Source: Candidatus Harrisonbacteria bacterium RIFCSPHIGHO2_02_FULL_42_16 (GTDB taxonomy: Bacteria > Patescibacteriota > Minisyncoccia > UBA6257 > 02-FULL-45-10c). Taken from it: DNA of 58,137 nucleotides. Numbering within the stretch: position 1 is the first letter of the stretch; each line of letters starts with the position of its first letter. Both the position numbers and the translations under genes were made by a program. The stretch lies in NCBI GenBank assembly GCA_001818695.1, contig MHJG01000025.1, positions 8,373 to 66,509 of the forward strand, read 5' to 3'. A model generated the notes under the pieces. That model was not told the DNA's origin. It searched no databases and was given only the letters and a program-made list of their open reading frames with translations. Below are positions 38,122-47,713 of this stretch, one piece after another.

Positions 38122-38424
38122 CTATGCAGGGGAAGGGTCGCCCGGCAAAGGATTATTCCGGTCTTCAAAAACTTCTCCCAAATCTTTCCAGTCATCAAAA
38201 TTTTTATTAGGTTTAACAAAACACTGATTTTCATCCACAATATGCAAAACAACTAATTCTCCTTCTTCAAAAAAGTTGTCCTTTTTATTTTTAGTCATAA
38301 ACAGCAACCCGTCATAACTGGAGCCCAAACAGGACTTAAAAAGGTCTTTCATTTTTGTTTCTTCTCCTGATTCATCAACCAAAATATAATGCGACCAGCC
38401 AAAACGAAGATTGTCATCAGTCAT
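38122..38424 (-). CDS. Orphan acidic hypothetical protein (100 aa)
   Basis: Long ORF on the gene-sense strand. No motif recognised. Confidence 0.5.
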   Translation of the reverse strand: MTDDNLRFGWSHYILVDESGEETKMKDLFKSCLGSSYDGLLFMTKNKKDNFFEEGELVVLHIVDENQCFVKPNKNFDDWKDLGEVFEDRNNPLPGDPSPA

Positions 38425-38512
38425 TTTGATTTCCTATATCCAATTTTGAATTTTTAGAATACTGGTTAAAGGATAAGACAAAATAAGAATTTAGTCAAAT
38501 GAAACGCTCCTA

Positions 38513-39172
38513 TCATACTATTGCCGATTCGCTCTTCGTAAATTCGCCCACCCGAGTCCTTTCCAAATCCGACAAATACGCGCCGACCTCCAAAATCTTG
38601 CCAATATCCCGAGCTAACGCCCGGATATAAACGCCCGGACCGGTAACCACGCGAATTTTAAGGTTTGGCCATTTATATTCCAAAAGTTCAATCTCTTTAA
38701 TTTCCACGGCGCGAGATTTCAATGCTACTTTTTCACCCCTACGCACGCGCTTGTATGCTTCTTTGCCTCTTATTTTCACTGCGCTGTAAACCGGCGGCAC
38801 TTGCTCAATTTTTCCGACAAATTTTTGAATTGCTTTTTCAATATCAGATTTCTTGATTCTATCCGCCGATTCAAATTGATTTATTATTATCTGATACTTC
38901 TCTCCCTCCTCATCATCTGTCGCGCTTTCCACCCCTAATTTTATTTCAGCGATATATTCTTTTTCTTTTTTAACCGCTTCGGAAAGTTTTTTCGTGGCTT
39001 CCCGGCCAACGCCAATCACTAAAACTCCGCTGGCAAGAGGGTCCAGAGTTCCGGCATGCCCAACCCGTTTTTCTCCGGTCAGCTTCCTGATTTTTTCCAC
39101 CATATCATGCGAAGTAGGGCCTTTGGGCTTATAAACGGCAAAAATTCCGCTCTTGGGAATTTTCAAATTCAT
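38513..39172 (-). CDS. truB: tRNA pseudouridine-55 synthase TruB
   Basis: GHAGTLDPLASGVL catalytic motif. The ATG at 39172 lies just after the tgt stop. Confidence 0.9.
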   Translation of the reverse strand: MNLKIPKSGIFAVYKPKGPTSHDMVEKIRKLTGEKRVGHAGTLDPLASGVLVIGVGREATKKLSEAVKKEKEYIAEIKLGVESATDDEEGEKYQIIINQFESADRIKKSDIEKAIQKFVGKIEQVPPVYSAVKIRGKEAYKRVRRGEKVALKSRAVEIKEIELLEYKWPNLKIRVVTGPGVYIRALARDIGKILEVGAYLSDLERTRVGEFTKSESAIV

Positions 39173-39173
39173 A

Positions 39174-40322
39174 TTAAAGTTTTCCGTTTTTAATTTTCTC
39201 CCGGATTTTTGCGACAAAATTATTGAAAAAATAAAGATTATGAAAAGTAAGCAAACGCATTCCGGTTATTTCATTGGCGCGGAATAAGTGGCTGAGATAT
39301 TGCCTTGTGTAAGAACCGCACGTTTCGCAGGCGCATTTTTTATCCAAAGGATTTTTATCTTTCAAAAAAACCGCCCGCCGCAAATTCAATTTTCCAAAAT
39401 TAGTAAAGGCAATTCCCCGCCTCGCGTAATGGGTCGGAACAGTGCAATCAAAAGTATCAATGCCATTTTTTATAATTCTTTCCATATCTTCCAAATAGCC
39501 GATTCCGAGCAAATGGCGCGGCTTATTCTTATCCAAATAAGGAACAGTCCACTTTAAAATTTTTTCCGTCATTGCTTTGGACGAACCAAGGTCGCCGCCT
39601 ATGCCAAACCCGGCGAAATCCAGTCGATTGATAAATTTCGCGCTTTTCTTGCGTAAATCCTGATAATGCGAACCCTGAACAATGCCGAATAACGCCTGAC
39701 TGCCCTGATTGAAGGAACGGCAAATTTTTGCCCATCGATGGGTGCGCTCCAACGATTCTTCAATATATTCCCGGCTGGCAAAAGGCGGGGTGCATTCGTC
39801 AAAGGCGAAAACAATATCGGCGCCAAGAGCTCTTTGGATTAGCATTGATTCTTTCGGGCCGATAAAAAGCTTCCGGCCGTCCAGCGGCGATTGAAAATAA
39901 ACGCCCTCATCGGTAATTTTCACCTTTTTCGGCTGCCGGCCACGAACAATCAATTCTTTCCGCTGATTGCCCGGAAAATACTTAATTATTTTTCCAACAC
40001 CTAAATCGTGCCCAAATCCCAAACTAAAAACCTGAAAGCCGCCGGAATCGGTCATCATCGGCCTATTCCAATTCATAAATTTATGCAGTCCGCCGGCGGA
40101 TTTAACGATTTTTTCTCCCGGCTTTAAATGCAGATGAAAGGTATTGGCAATTAAAATCAGGCTTTTAGTTTTCTCCGCCTCTTCGCTGGTAAGCGTTTTA
40201 ACCGTTGCCTGCGTGGCTACCGGCACTAATGTAGGCGTTTCCACTTCTCCGTGAGGCGTCTTTAACATGCCTAAACGAGCGCGGCTTTTTTGGGATTTTT
40301 TTAAAACTTTAAATTCAATCAT
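39174..40322 (-). CDS. tgt: Queuine/guanine tRNA-ribosyltransferase
   Basis: DSGGFQV motif and zinc site CACETC...H; 382 aa. Confidence 0.92.
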   Translation of the reverse strand: MIEFKVLKKSQKSRARLGMLKTPHGEVETPTLVPVATQATVKTLTSEEAEKTKSLILIANTFHLHLKPGEKIVKSAGGLHKFMNWNRPMMTDSGGFQVFSLGFGHDLGVGKIIKYFPGNQRKELIVRGRQPKKVKITDEGVYFQSPLDGRKLFIGPKESMLIQRALGADIVFAFDECTPPFASREYIEESLERTHRWAKICRSFNQGSQALFGIVQGSHYQDLRKKSAKFINRLDFAGFGIGGDLGSSKAMTEKILKWTVPYLDKNKPRHLLGIGYLEDMERIIKNGIDTFDCTVPTHYARRGIAFTNFGKLNLRRAVFLKDKNPLDKKCACETCGSYTRQYLSHLFRANEITGMRLLTFHNLYFFNNFVAKIREKIKNGKL

Positions 40323-40361
40323 AATATTTTACGCCGTATAAGCATACCAAAATATAACATT

Positions 40362-40386
40362 TAAAAAAACCGCCGATTGGCGGTTT
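40362..40386 (-). terminator. Rho-independent terminator (aaaccgcc-gatt-ggcggttt plus T-run on minus)
   Basis: Read directly. The stem includes the stop of the 64-aa ORF. Confidence 0.75.
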
Positions 40387-40579
40387 ATTCCGGTTTTTTA
40401 CGCTGATAAAAAATAACTCTTAAAGGAGAATCGGAATCTAAATGCTCCATTCTATAACCATATACTTGCTTTAAAAAAAATCCAGTCATTACAAAAAAGA
40501 CACAACCGCGAAAAGTGACTCCGCGCACGCTGACTAACACCTCATAACCACTGGCTTCATCTATAACCACTGGCTTCAT
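40385..40579 (-). CDS. Small hypothetical ORF (64 aa) whose frame depends on a 19-bp tandem duplication
   Basis: The ORF is followed by a terminator, but its 5' end consists of two copies of ataaccactggcttcatct. Confidence 0.35.
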   Translation of the reverse strand: MKPVVIDEASGYEVLVSVRGVTFRGCVFFVMTGFFLKQVYGYRMEHLDSDSPLRVIFYQRKKPE

Positions 40580-40737
40580 CTTCTGATAATTTGTATATTC
40601 TCTTTAAACTAAAATGCCCGTAATCATCCGGGCCGCATATCAGTTTCGACCTGCGCTTTTTTCCCATATCTCAACCTGATTCAATGAGCGCTATTTTCAA
40701 TATACAAACTTAATCTAATTGAAGTCAAATAATGCTC

Positions 40738-41706
40738 TTACTTAATCAAATTTTTAAACTCTTCCACCATCGGCACCTGTTCGGCTTCCACGCCATATTC
40801 CTGCGCGGTGTAATAAGCAGTCCAATCGGCAAATAGCAACGAAGAAAATATCTTATGAAAGAGGGTTTCACCTTTTATAATAACAATTTCCACCGGCAAT
40901 TTTTTTTCCCGATACAACCTTTCGGTTATATTCATCCGTTTGGTAATTTTAGGATTATCCAAAGCGTCTTTTAAAAATAAAAAACAAAATAACTTGGAAA
41001 GGGCGCGGGTGGAGTCCTTTACGTCAAATCCAGTCATTTCATTATGGTTAAGTTCGGAAAAAGCATTGAGATAAGCGGGTATTTTACCGGTTTCATTAAA
41101 TTTAATTTTCCAGTTGTAAGCAATTGGCTTATTACGAAGCGAAGAATAAATTACCGGCACATGCCCTTTTAATTTTTTTGCCAGCGCCTTTCCCGCTCTT
41201 TCCAATTCATATGACTTTAATAATTGCGGCAATTCGGTTAATTCCTTAACTAATTGTTTTTCTTTCATAAGTTCCGCCAATCCCTTAGTGGCGTAACCGG
41301 TAGCGGAACGCGGTTGTATTCCGGTTGACGGCATCTGTACATAGGGAATTTTTAATTTTTTTGCTAATTCCAATAATTTCCCGCCCGTAGCGATAACCAC
41401 CAATGGAAACTTCTTTTTTAGCGCCACCTTAAATCCGTCAATGACTTCCTCGGTATTTCCGGAATACGAACTGGCAATAATTAAGCTGTTTTTTAAGACA
41501 TTCTGCCCAAAGACAGGCAAACTATAATCTCGGTGCGAATAAATATCTATGTTAGGATTTCGGATTTTGAATAATTCCGGCGCTAAATTAGAACCGCCCA
41601 TTCCCAAAACAACATACTTCCTGTATTTTTTTAATTTTTTCCCGTTTTCCACGAACGGCTTATATTCAAACTGCTTTGGAAAATTTTTAATAGCGTCGTA
41701 CATCAT
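40738..41706 (-). CDS. Bifunctional phosphoglucose/phosphomannose isomerase (SIS-domain, archaeal-type PGI/PMI)
   Basis: GMGGSNLAPE; two SIS-like halves; 322 aa. Confidence 0.75.
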   Translation of the reverse strand: MMYDAIKNFPKQFEYKPFVENGKKLKKYRKYVVLGMGGSNLAPELFKIRNPNIDIYSHRDYSLPVFGQNVLKNSLIIASSYSGNTEEVIDGFKVALKKKFPLVVIATGGKLLELAKKLKIPYVQMPSTGIQPRSATGYATKGLAELMKEKQLVKELTELPQLLKSYELERAGKALAKKLKGHVPVIYSSLRNKPIAYNWKIKFNETGKIPAYLNAFSELNHNEMTGFDVKDSTRALSKLFCFLFLKDALDNPKITKRMNITERLYREKKLPVEIVIIKGETLFHKIFSSLLFADWTAYYTAQEYGVEAEQVPMVEEFKNLIK

Positions 41707-41756
41707 AATATTATTTTATAGTAATTTTATTCAATAATACTCTTTCTATTATCTTA

Positions 41757-42881
41757 TCATCCAAAAGTAAAAGCGAAAGCGCGCAAACCAGGAGAATCCA
41801 AATCAAGCTCTAAAGTATGCCAACCATAATCATCTCCGGTATTAGAAAAATTATAAAGTTGGGAAAATTGGATAACAGAAACCGATTTGCCATTTTCTAT
41901 AATAACATTTTTTCCTTTATTATTTTCAGTTAAATAAACGCCGTCCAATTTAACAATAACTTTCACCGGCTTATCGTCTTTCGCGCTTAACACGATATTT
42001 ACTTTGTTGGCTTTATACCGGATAATCAGCTTCCCCTTATCGCCGACAAATTCAGAAAACTCCGGCTGAATGTTCCAAGTTCCGGAAAAATAAAACCGGT
42101 TATCTTCAATATTTTCCGGTTCATAGAAATTAAACGGCTTATTGGGAAGCGCGTTTTTATCCATATTGCCTATATTGCTAAGACGCTTGTAACCAAGGTA
42201 TATTTCCGGAGTGCCGATTCTGGAAAAATCCGCGTCCGGCGGCGGCTCTTTAATTTCGGCAAATTTATCAATAGAAAGTTGTCCGGATTCCAATAAAAGC
42301 TGTTGAATGGCGCTTTCAGTTTCCGCGTAACTTCCTTCGCCAAAATGTTTATAACGGATATAACCGTCTTTATCTATCAGGTAATGGGCCGGCCAATAAC
42401 GGTTGGCAAAAGCATTCCAGGTTCTATAATCATTATCCAGCGCCACCGGATAAGTAAGATGATATTTTTTTATCGCCTCCGCCACATTCTCTTTCTTTTT
42501 CTCAAAATCAAATTCCGGCGTATGAACGCCTATCAAAACAAAATCATTGCCTTTATATTTTTCATGCCAGCCCTCCACGTGTGGCAAAGTCCGGATGCAA
42601 TTTATACAGCTATAAGTCCAAAAATCAATCAACACCACCCTACCCCGCAGTTCTTTTAAAATTAACGGTTCGGAATTAAGCCAATCTTGAATGCCAACCA
42701 AATCCGGCGCCCGGCTTTCTTTGGGCAATGACGGCAGTTTAGATAAAAAATTTTTAATTTCTTCCGGCATATTTCTTTCTTTAAACGCGATAATTCCGCC
42801 TAATCCATTAATGTATGCGTAAACGCCGACAACGGCAATTAATAAACCGACAATTATTAAAAATAATCTTATGGGATTCAC
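41757..42881 (-). CDS. Membrane-anchored thioredoxin-fold protein with a DipZ-like C-terminal domain
   Basis: N-terminal TM, WTYSCINCIRTLP (CxxC) and a beta-rich C-terminal domain. Adjacent to ccdA. Confidence 0.75.
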   Translation of the reverse strand: MNPIRLFLIIVGLLIAVVGVYAYINGLGGIIAFKERNMPEEIKNFLSKLPSLPKESRAPDLVGIQDWLNSEPLILKELRGRVVLIDFWTYSCINCIRTLPHVEGWHEKYKGNDFVLIGVHTPEFDFEKKKENVAEAIKKYHLTYPVALDNDYRTWNAFANRYWPAHYLIDKDGYIRYKHFGEGSYAETESAIQQLLLESGQLSIDKFAEIKEPPPDADFSRIGTPEIYLGYKRLSNIGNMDKNALPNKPFNFYEPENIEDNRFYFSGTWNIQPEFSEFVGDKGKLIIRYKANKVNIVLSAKDDKPVKVIVKLDGVYLTENNKGKNVIIENGKSVSVIQFSQLYNFSNTGDDYGWHTLELDLDSPGLRAFAFTFG

Positions 42882-42883
42882 TT

Positions 42884-43648
42884 TTATAAATAATCTAATA
42901 AACGGTCATAATTTATGAACTTAAACAACTGGTAGCCGTAGGCAAGCAACAGTCCGGTTCGGTTCATTATCACTAAAACTCCCAATGATATCAAAAAAAT
43001 TCCGCCGATAACCGAAGTCGCGTTTAAATATCTTGAATACCGGAAAAGATAATTTGAAGCCGAACCGATTCCGGTCGCTATTAATAAAAATGGCACGGCC
43101 AACCCCATTGAAAAAATAGTTAGGAGAACCGCGCCCTGAAATGCCGTAGCCGAAACTGACGCCAAAAGCAGAACCGAACCGAGAATCGGCCCGACGCACG
43201 GCGTCCATCCGACCCCGAACGCAGAACCAAGAATAAAGGAATTAAGCGGATTACCTCTCTTAAAAATGGGCGGAACCCTGATCTGTCTTTCCGCTTGCAA
43301 AAATGGAATTTTTATCACATTCAGCATAAAAAATCCAAAAATAATAATGAAAGCGCCCCCGATACGGGCAAGCCACAAACGATATTGCGCCAACGCCCCG
43401 CCAAAAAATCCGGCCAAAGTTCCAAAAATTATAAACATCGCGCTGAATCCGGCGATGAAAAATAATCCGTTTAAAAATATCTTAATCCTGGTATTCTTTT
43501 CTTTAGCCGGATTTTTAAGGTCTTCCAAGGATACGCCGCTGATAAATCCTAAATATCCCGGCACCATAGGCAGAGTGCAGGGAGCAAGAAAAGTAAGCAC
43601 TCCGGCAATAAATGCCGGAATTATAAGCGCTGATACCGATAAATCCAT
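42884..43648 (-). CDS. ccdA: CcdA/DsbD-family thiol-disulfide electron transporter
   Basis: Six TM helices with conserved Cys in LAPCTLPMVP and WTPCVGPILG. Confidence 0.85.
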   Translation of the reverse strand: MDLSVSALIIPAFIAGVLTFLAPCTLPMVPGYLGFISGVSLEDLKNPAKEKNTRIKIFLNGLFFIAGFSAMFIIFGTLAGFFGGALAQYRLWLARIGGAFIIIFGFFMLNVIKIPFLQAERQIRVPPIFKRGNPLNSFILGSAFGVGWTPCVGPILGSVLLLASVSATAFQGAVLLTIFSMGLAVPFLLIATGIGSASNYLFRYSRYLNATSVIGGIFLISLGVLVIMNRTGLLLAYGYQLFKFINYDRLLDYL

Positions 43649-43658
43649 ATCAAAAAAA

Positions 43659-44027
43659 TTAAGCGCCGCCTCCGGTAAATAAAATAGCGAGGTTGGCGGC
43701 TAACAAAATTAAATCAAATTCCCAGCCGGTTTTGTCAGGCGCGGAAAATGGAATGCCCCACTTAAATTTCTTATAATAAATTGCTCCGACCATTACGGCA
43801 GAAAGTAAAAATGCCGACGCCTGAACCTGCGCGCCAAAAATCAATCCGAGCGCCGCTAACGACTCTGCCGCTCCTAATCCCAAAACCATCGGGGCCGGCA
43901 TTCCAGTTCCGGCCGACATTGCTTTATATTTTTTCAATTTCGGCGCTCCGTGGTATAAAAATACCGCCGCTACCGCTAATCGCAATAAAAATAATCCGAA
44001 ATCCCAGTATAATAAATTTTCAAACAT
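43659..44027 (-). CDS. DoxX family membrane protein
   Basis: FLLRLAVAAVFLYHGAPKL and four TM helices. Confidence 0.75.
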   Translation of the reverse strand: MFENLLYWDFGLFLLRLAVAAVFLYHGAPKLKKYKAMSAGTGMPAPMVLGLGAAESLAALGLIFGAQVQASAFLLSAVMVGAIYYKKFKWGIPFSAPDKTGWEFDLILLAANLAILFTGGGA

Positions 44028-44071
44028 AACGGTAAATTTTAAAATAATTAAATTTTCGACCCAAAACCGGT

Positions 44072-44584
44072 TTACATCCGAACTTTTTCCGGCCCTTGAT
44101 TCTGATAACGCAAAATAAAATCATTAATCCTTTGAAGATAATTCGGAACTTCATCAATATTAAATTTATCCAATCTGCCCCAGGCGGCAACCGCAATATC
44201 TTTATCGTTCGCTTCCCGCTTAGTGACTATCGCGAAACCGCCCGCCAATTTTTCCAATTCCTTAACTGTCTCTGCCGGTACCCGGGAATGATAAGAAACC
44301 CAGATTTCCCCGTGTTCCAAATTATGGATTAATTGCTCATCCGGCAAACCATTCGGATAAAATCCTATTGCCGCCGGGTCTTTATAATGCCAGCCGGAAG
44401 TCGGCGGATTGGAATTATAAACCGGATGCGCGCTTCCAACCTCAATGTGGTTAGCGCCCTGGATCGGAATTGTCTGGCTATAATCCGGTCCTTTCGGTCC
44501 CTGATTAATAAACCAGCGAACCGCTAAAACCAAAAATCCAAAAACAGCCGCCCAGATAATGATTTTTTTAAAAACTCTTTTCAT
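44072..44584 (-). CDS. DUF3105-like membrane-anchored protein
   Basis: NPPTSGWHY and HNLEHGEIWVSYH blocks. Confidence 0.7.
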   Translation of the reverse strand: MKRVFKKIIIWAAVFGFLVLAVRWFINQGPKGPDYSQTIPIQGANHIEVGSAHPVYNSNPPTSGWHYKDPAAIGFYPNGLPDEQLIHNLEHGEIWVSYHSRVPAETVKELEKLAGGFAIVTKREANDKDIAVAAWGRLDKFNIDEVPNYLQRINDFILRYQNQGPEKVRM

Positions 44585-44614
44585 TGTATTTATTATAACA
44601 TCCTTCGCTCTTCT

Positions 44615-45499
44615 CTATTTACGCTTACTTAATGTTAAAAGCGGACTGGCAATAAAGATAGACGAATAAGCGCCGGTAATAGTGCCGACAAGTATCAACA
44701 AAGTGAAGTGCTTCAGTGATTCGGCGCCCAAAAGATAAATCGAGACCAAAACAATCACCAAAGTTAAAGAGGTATTTATAGAACGAGCCATGGTTTGATT
44801 AACGCTGTCGTTGACGATTTCTTCAAGTTTTTCCTTATTTTTAGAATTCATAAGATTTTCCCGAATTCGGTCAAAAACCACAATCGTATCGTGCACGGAA
44901 AAACCCATAATAACCAGCAGAGCCACCAAAAAATTAATATCCGCCTCCACTCCCAGCCACCATCCTAAAAACGAAAGTGTTCCAGCCGGAATCAAAACAT
45001 CATGGAAAAGCGTAACTAAAGTAACCCAGCCGTAAAGCCAAGAACTGACCGGATAAGAGACCTTTCTAAAAGCAAAAGCCACATATAAAGATATGCCGCT
45101 CAACACCATCAAAAAGGCGGTTACCGCTTTATTGCGCAATTCCTTGCCGACTGCCGGTCCGATGCTGGCAAAACTCAATTCTTCAAATTCGCCTAATTGT
45201 TCCCCGAATTGCCTGCCCAATTGCTGATGCTTCTCTTCGGTAATTTCTTTTAAACTGATAAAGAATTCGTTGTCGGTACTGCCGTTCCTGATAAGCGGGT
45301 TTTCAAAATTTTCTTTCCGCAAGATTTCTTGAAGAGCGCCGATACTGGCGCTTTTTGACTGGAATTTTATTTGCCATAAAGTCCCGCCGGAAAAATCAAT
45401 GCCGGAACGGAATCCAAAAACAGCCATACTGATAATACTGGCCGCAATTAATAAACCGGAAAACGCGAAGTAATAATTTTTATATTTTAATATATTCAT
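44615..45499 (-). CDS. secF: Protein-export membrane protein SecF
   Basis: GIDFSGGTLWQ motif and six TM helices. Confidence 0.9.
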   Translation of the reverse strand: MNILKYKNYYFAFSGLLIAASIISMAVFGFRSGIDFSGGTLWQIKFQSKSASIGALQEILRKENFENPLIRNGSTDNEFFISLKEITEEKHQQLGRQFGEQLGEFEELSFASIGPAVGKELRNKAVTAFLMVLSGISLYVAFAFRKVSYPVSSWLYGWVTLVTLFHDVLIPAGTLSFLGWWLGVEADINFLVALLVIMGFSVHDTIVVFDRIRENLMNSKNKEKLEEIVNDSVNQTMARSINTSLTLVIVLVSIYLLGAESLKHFTLLILVGTITGAYSSIFIASPLLTLSKRK

Positions 45500-45634
45500 C
45501 CCTCACCATTCAAAGATAAATTCGCTTCGCGACTGAGAAGCGTTGTTATTGGCTGTATTTGATATCTTGTTTGAATTCATATTTTTTTAATTTATTCTTA
45601 AATCCTATTTAATCAATCTTTGAAGGGTGAGGGA
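45499..45634. repeat. Second copy of the inverted-repeat element: arms at 45499..45517 and 45616..45634 (18/19 complementary, 98-nt loop)
   Basis: tccctcaccattcaaagat / atctttgaagggtgaggga. The left arm starts at the A of the secF ATG. The right arm is the last 19 coding nt of secD. Confidence 0.9.
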
Positions 45635-46857
45635 TTAATAAAAGTATTCAACAATATCCTGGTAACCGTAATGGCGCTAAACATGCTGACTACCACTCCG
45701 ATAAATAGGGTCAGCGCAAATCCCTTTACAAAACTGGTGGTAAAATAAAACAAAATAAAAGTGGTAAGCATTGTGGTAAAATTAGAGTCCCTGATTGATG
45801 TCCAAGCCCGGTTAAAACCATTTTCCAAAGCGGAAACTCTGGAAGCGCCTTGTTTTAATTCTTCTTTAATTCTTTCAAAAATAAGGATATTGGCGTCCAC
45901 TGCCATGCCGATGGATAAAATAAATCCGGCGATTCCGGCCAAAGTCATCGTAACCGTAAAAAGCTTAAACATCGCCAAAGTTAAAATCACATAAATAAAT
46001 AAAGCTATCGCGGAAAAAACTCCAAAATTGCGGTAATACAAAATCATAAACAGCATCAACGCCAATGTTCCCCAAATGCCGGCCCAAACGGTTTTTTGGA
46101 GAGAATCGCGTCCAAGAGAAGCGCCGACGGTTTGCTGATGTATCAATTTAATCGGAGCAGGCAGGGCGCCGGCATTAAGCCGTTCCACCAATTTTTTCGC
46201 GTCTTTAGGGTTGTTAATTCCGCTAATTTGGGCGCGGCCTCCGGAAATTTTTTCATTCACGCGGGCTATTTCTACCACTTCGCCGTCTAAAATTACCGCC
46301 AATTCCTTGCCGACATTTCTTTCGGTTATTGACTCAAATATTGCCGCTCCTTCGCTGTTAAATTCTAAATTAACAACCGTCGGCAAATTAACCTGATTAA
46401 ATCCCAAACTTGCTCCTTTAATATACCGGCCGGTTAATTCCGTACTCTTAAAGAGCGGTTCTTTATCTTTGGATTCCGGCAATTCCACTTCGGCAAAATA
46501 TAATAACGGCGTCTCTCCGATTTGCTTAATGGCCGCCGACACATCGTTAACGCCGGCCAGTTCAACATTTAAACGATTTGATTCGCCGGATTGCGATATA
46601 GTTACCCGCGGTTCGCTGACGCCGAAAAGATTAACCCGTTTTTCAATAACATCTCTCAACCCGTTCATTACAAAACTGCGGTCTTGTATACCGGCCAGAT
46701 TCACTTCATAAATCAAATAACTGCCGCCAACCAAATCCAATCCTAATTTCCAAGGCAAAACGTTTGAAAACGGGCTTTGCGGATAAATAAAAAACCCCGC
46801 CAAAGCAGTTATCAGCAAAATAACTAAAAGCAATAAAGATGATTTAGCGCGAGACAT
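45613..46857 (-). CDS. secD: Protein-export membrane protein SecD
   Basis: LGLDLVGGSYL motif, a periplasmic domain and the C-terminal six-TM SecD/F fold. Confidence 0.9.
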   Translation of the reverse strand: MSRAKSSLLLLVILLITALAGFFIYPQSPFSNVLPWKLGLDLVGGSYLIYEVNLAGIQDRSFVMNGLRDVIEKRVNLFGVSEPRVTISQSGESNRLNVELAGVNDVSAAIKQIGETPLLYFAEVELPESKDKEPLFKSTELTGRYIKGASLGFNQVNLPTVVNLEFNSEGAAIFESITERNVGKELAVILDGEVVEIARVNEKISGGRAQISGINNPKDAKKLVERLNAGALPAPIKLIHQQTVGASLGRDSLQKTVWAGIWGTLALMLFMILYYRNFGVFSAIALFIYVILTLAMFKLFTVTMTLAGIAGFILSIGMAVDANILIFERIKEELKQGASRVSALENGFNRAWTSIRDSNFTTMLTTFILFYFTTSFVKGFALTLFIGVVVSMFSAITVTRILLNTFINPSPFKD

Positions 46858-46937
46858 TGTAAGTGATTATATTACAAAACAAATAAAAATCAAAATTGAC
46901 TGGTATTTTTTCAATTATTACATATTACAATAGCTAA

Positions 46938-46964
46938 GAAAAAAACGCCACTGTCGGCGTTTTT
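46938..46964 (-). terminator. Rho-independent terminator of the 46965 gene
   Basis: The complement gives AACGCC-GACAGT-GGCGTT followed by TTTTTT. Confidence 0.75.
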
Positions 46965-47276
46965 CTATAAATTATCTTTCTTAAAATTCCGCCAAGACCT
47001 CATTTGTTTCAATACTTTGGCTACCGGCCATCTCATCCACTGAAAAAACCAGAGGTGCTTCCATGTCCTGATTTTCTTTTTAAAATAAATTGTGCTTGGA
47101 GCTGTTATTGCGGAAACCCATTTAGTTAAAAAAGGGATTTTAGCAACTTTCAAAAATGTTACAAATAATAAAAGTTTATATAATTCTGCCGGAGAAGGCG
47201 TAAGCAATCCAATAAGAAATAATCCGAACATTATAAAAGCAAGAATTCCGGCCACTATTCTAATTAGCAATCTCAT
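46965..47276 (-). CDS. Membrane protein (103 aa)
   Basis: Two hydrophobic helices and a basic tail. Confidence 0.5.
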   Translation of the reverse strand: MRLLIRIVAGILAFIMFGLFLIGLLTPSPAELYKLLLFVTFLKVAKIPFLTKWVSAITAPSTIYFKKKIRTWKHLWFFQWMRWPVAKVLKQMRSWRNFKKDNL

Positions 47277-47372
47277 ATCTTTTATTTTTAACTTTTCAAT
47301 CTCTGCTTATATTATCACAAAATTTTCGCTTTGGCAAATTCCAAAAGTCAGATTTTGGTACCCTTCCACGGT

Positions 47373-47606
47373 CTAAGAATTGCCGTATGTAAGCAGTATA
47401 ATGCTTTTTTGGGGCTCATTCCAGATATGAGTTGAGGCACCCCGGTCAGGGTCATTGAGGCCGGTTTCGTCCATCAGCTCTTTTACTTCTTCCGCCTCAT
47501 CTTGATCTAAATCATGATTTTCCATTAGTTCTTTAACTTCTTCCTCGGGCTCTTCTTTTTCTTTATCGCCCGCTTCATTTGTATCGTCAAATAATGGTTT
47601 ATTCAT
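47373..47606 (-). CDS. Highly acidic small protein (77 aa) with an internal EEVKELM repeat
   Basis: The sequence EEVKELMENHDLDQDEAEEVKELMDETGL contains both copies of EEVKELM. Function unknown. Confidence 0.5.
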   Translation of the reverse strand: MNKPLFDDTNEAGDKEKEEPEEEVKELMENHDLDQDEAEEVKELMDETGLNDPDRGASTHIWNEPQKSIILLTYGNS

Positions 47607-47621
47607 AAATTTATTTTTTTC

Positions 47622-47645
47622 AATACGTCACTCGGGTGGCGTATT
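47622..47645. repeat. 24-nt hairpin AATACGTCAC-TCGG-GTGGCGTATT (left copy)
   Basis: 10-bp stem with one G-U pair. 21/24 identical to the reverse complement of 53768..53791. Confidence 0.85.
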
Positions 47646-47713
47646 CAGGATATTCCAACATTCTCCATCCGGGGGCGGGAGATAGATTTTAAGTTATCCA
47701 CCACCCGCGCTTC

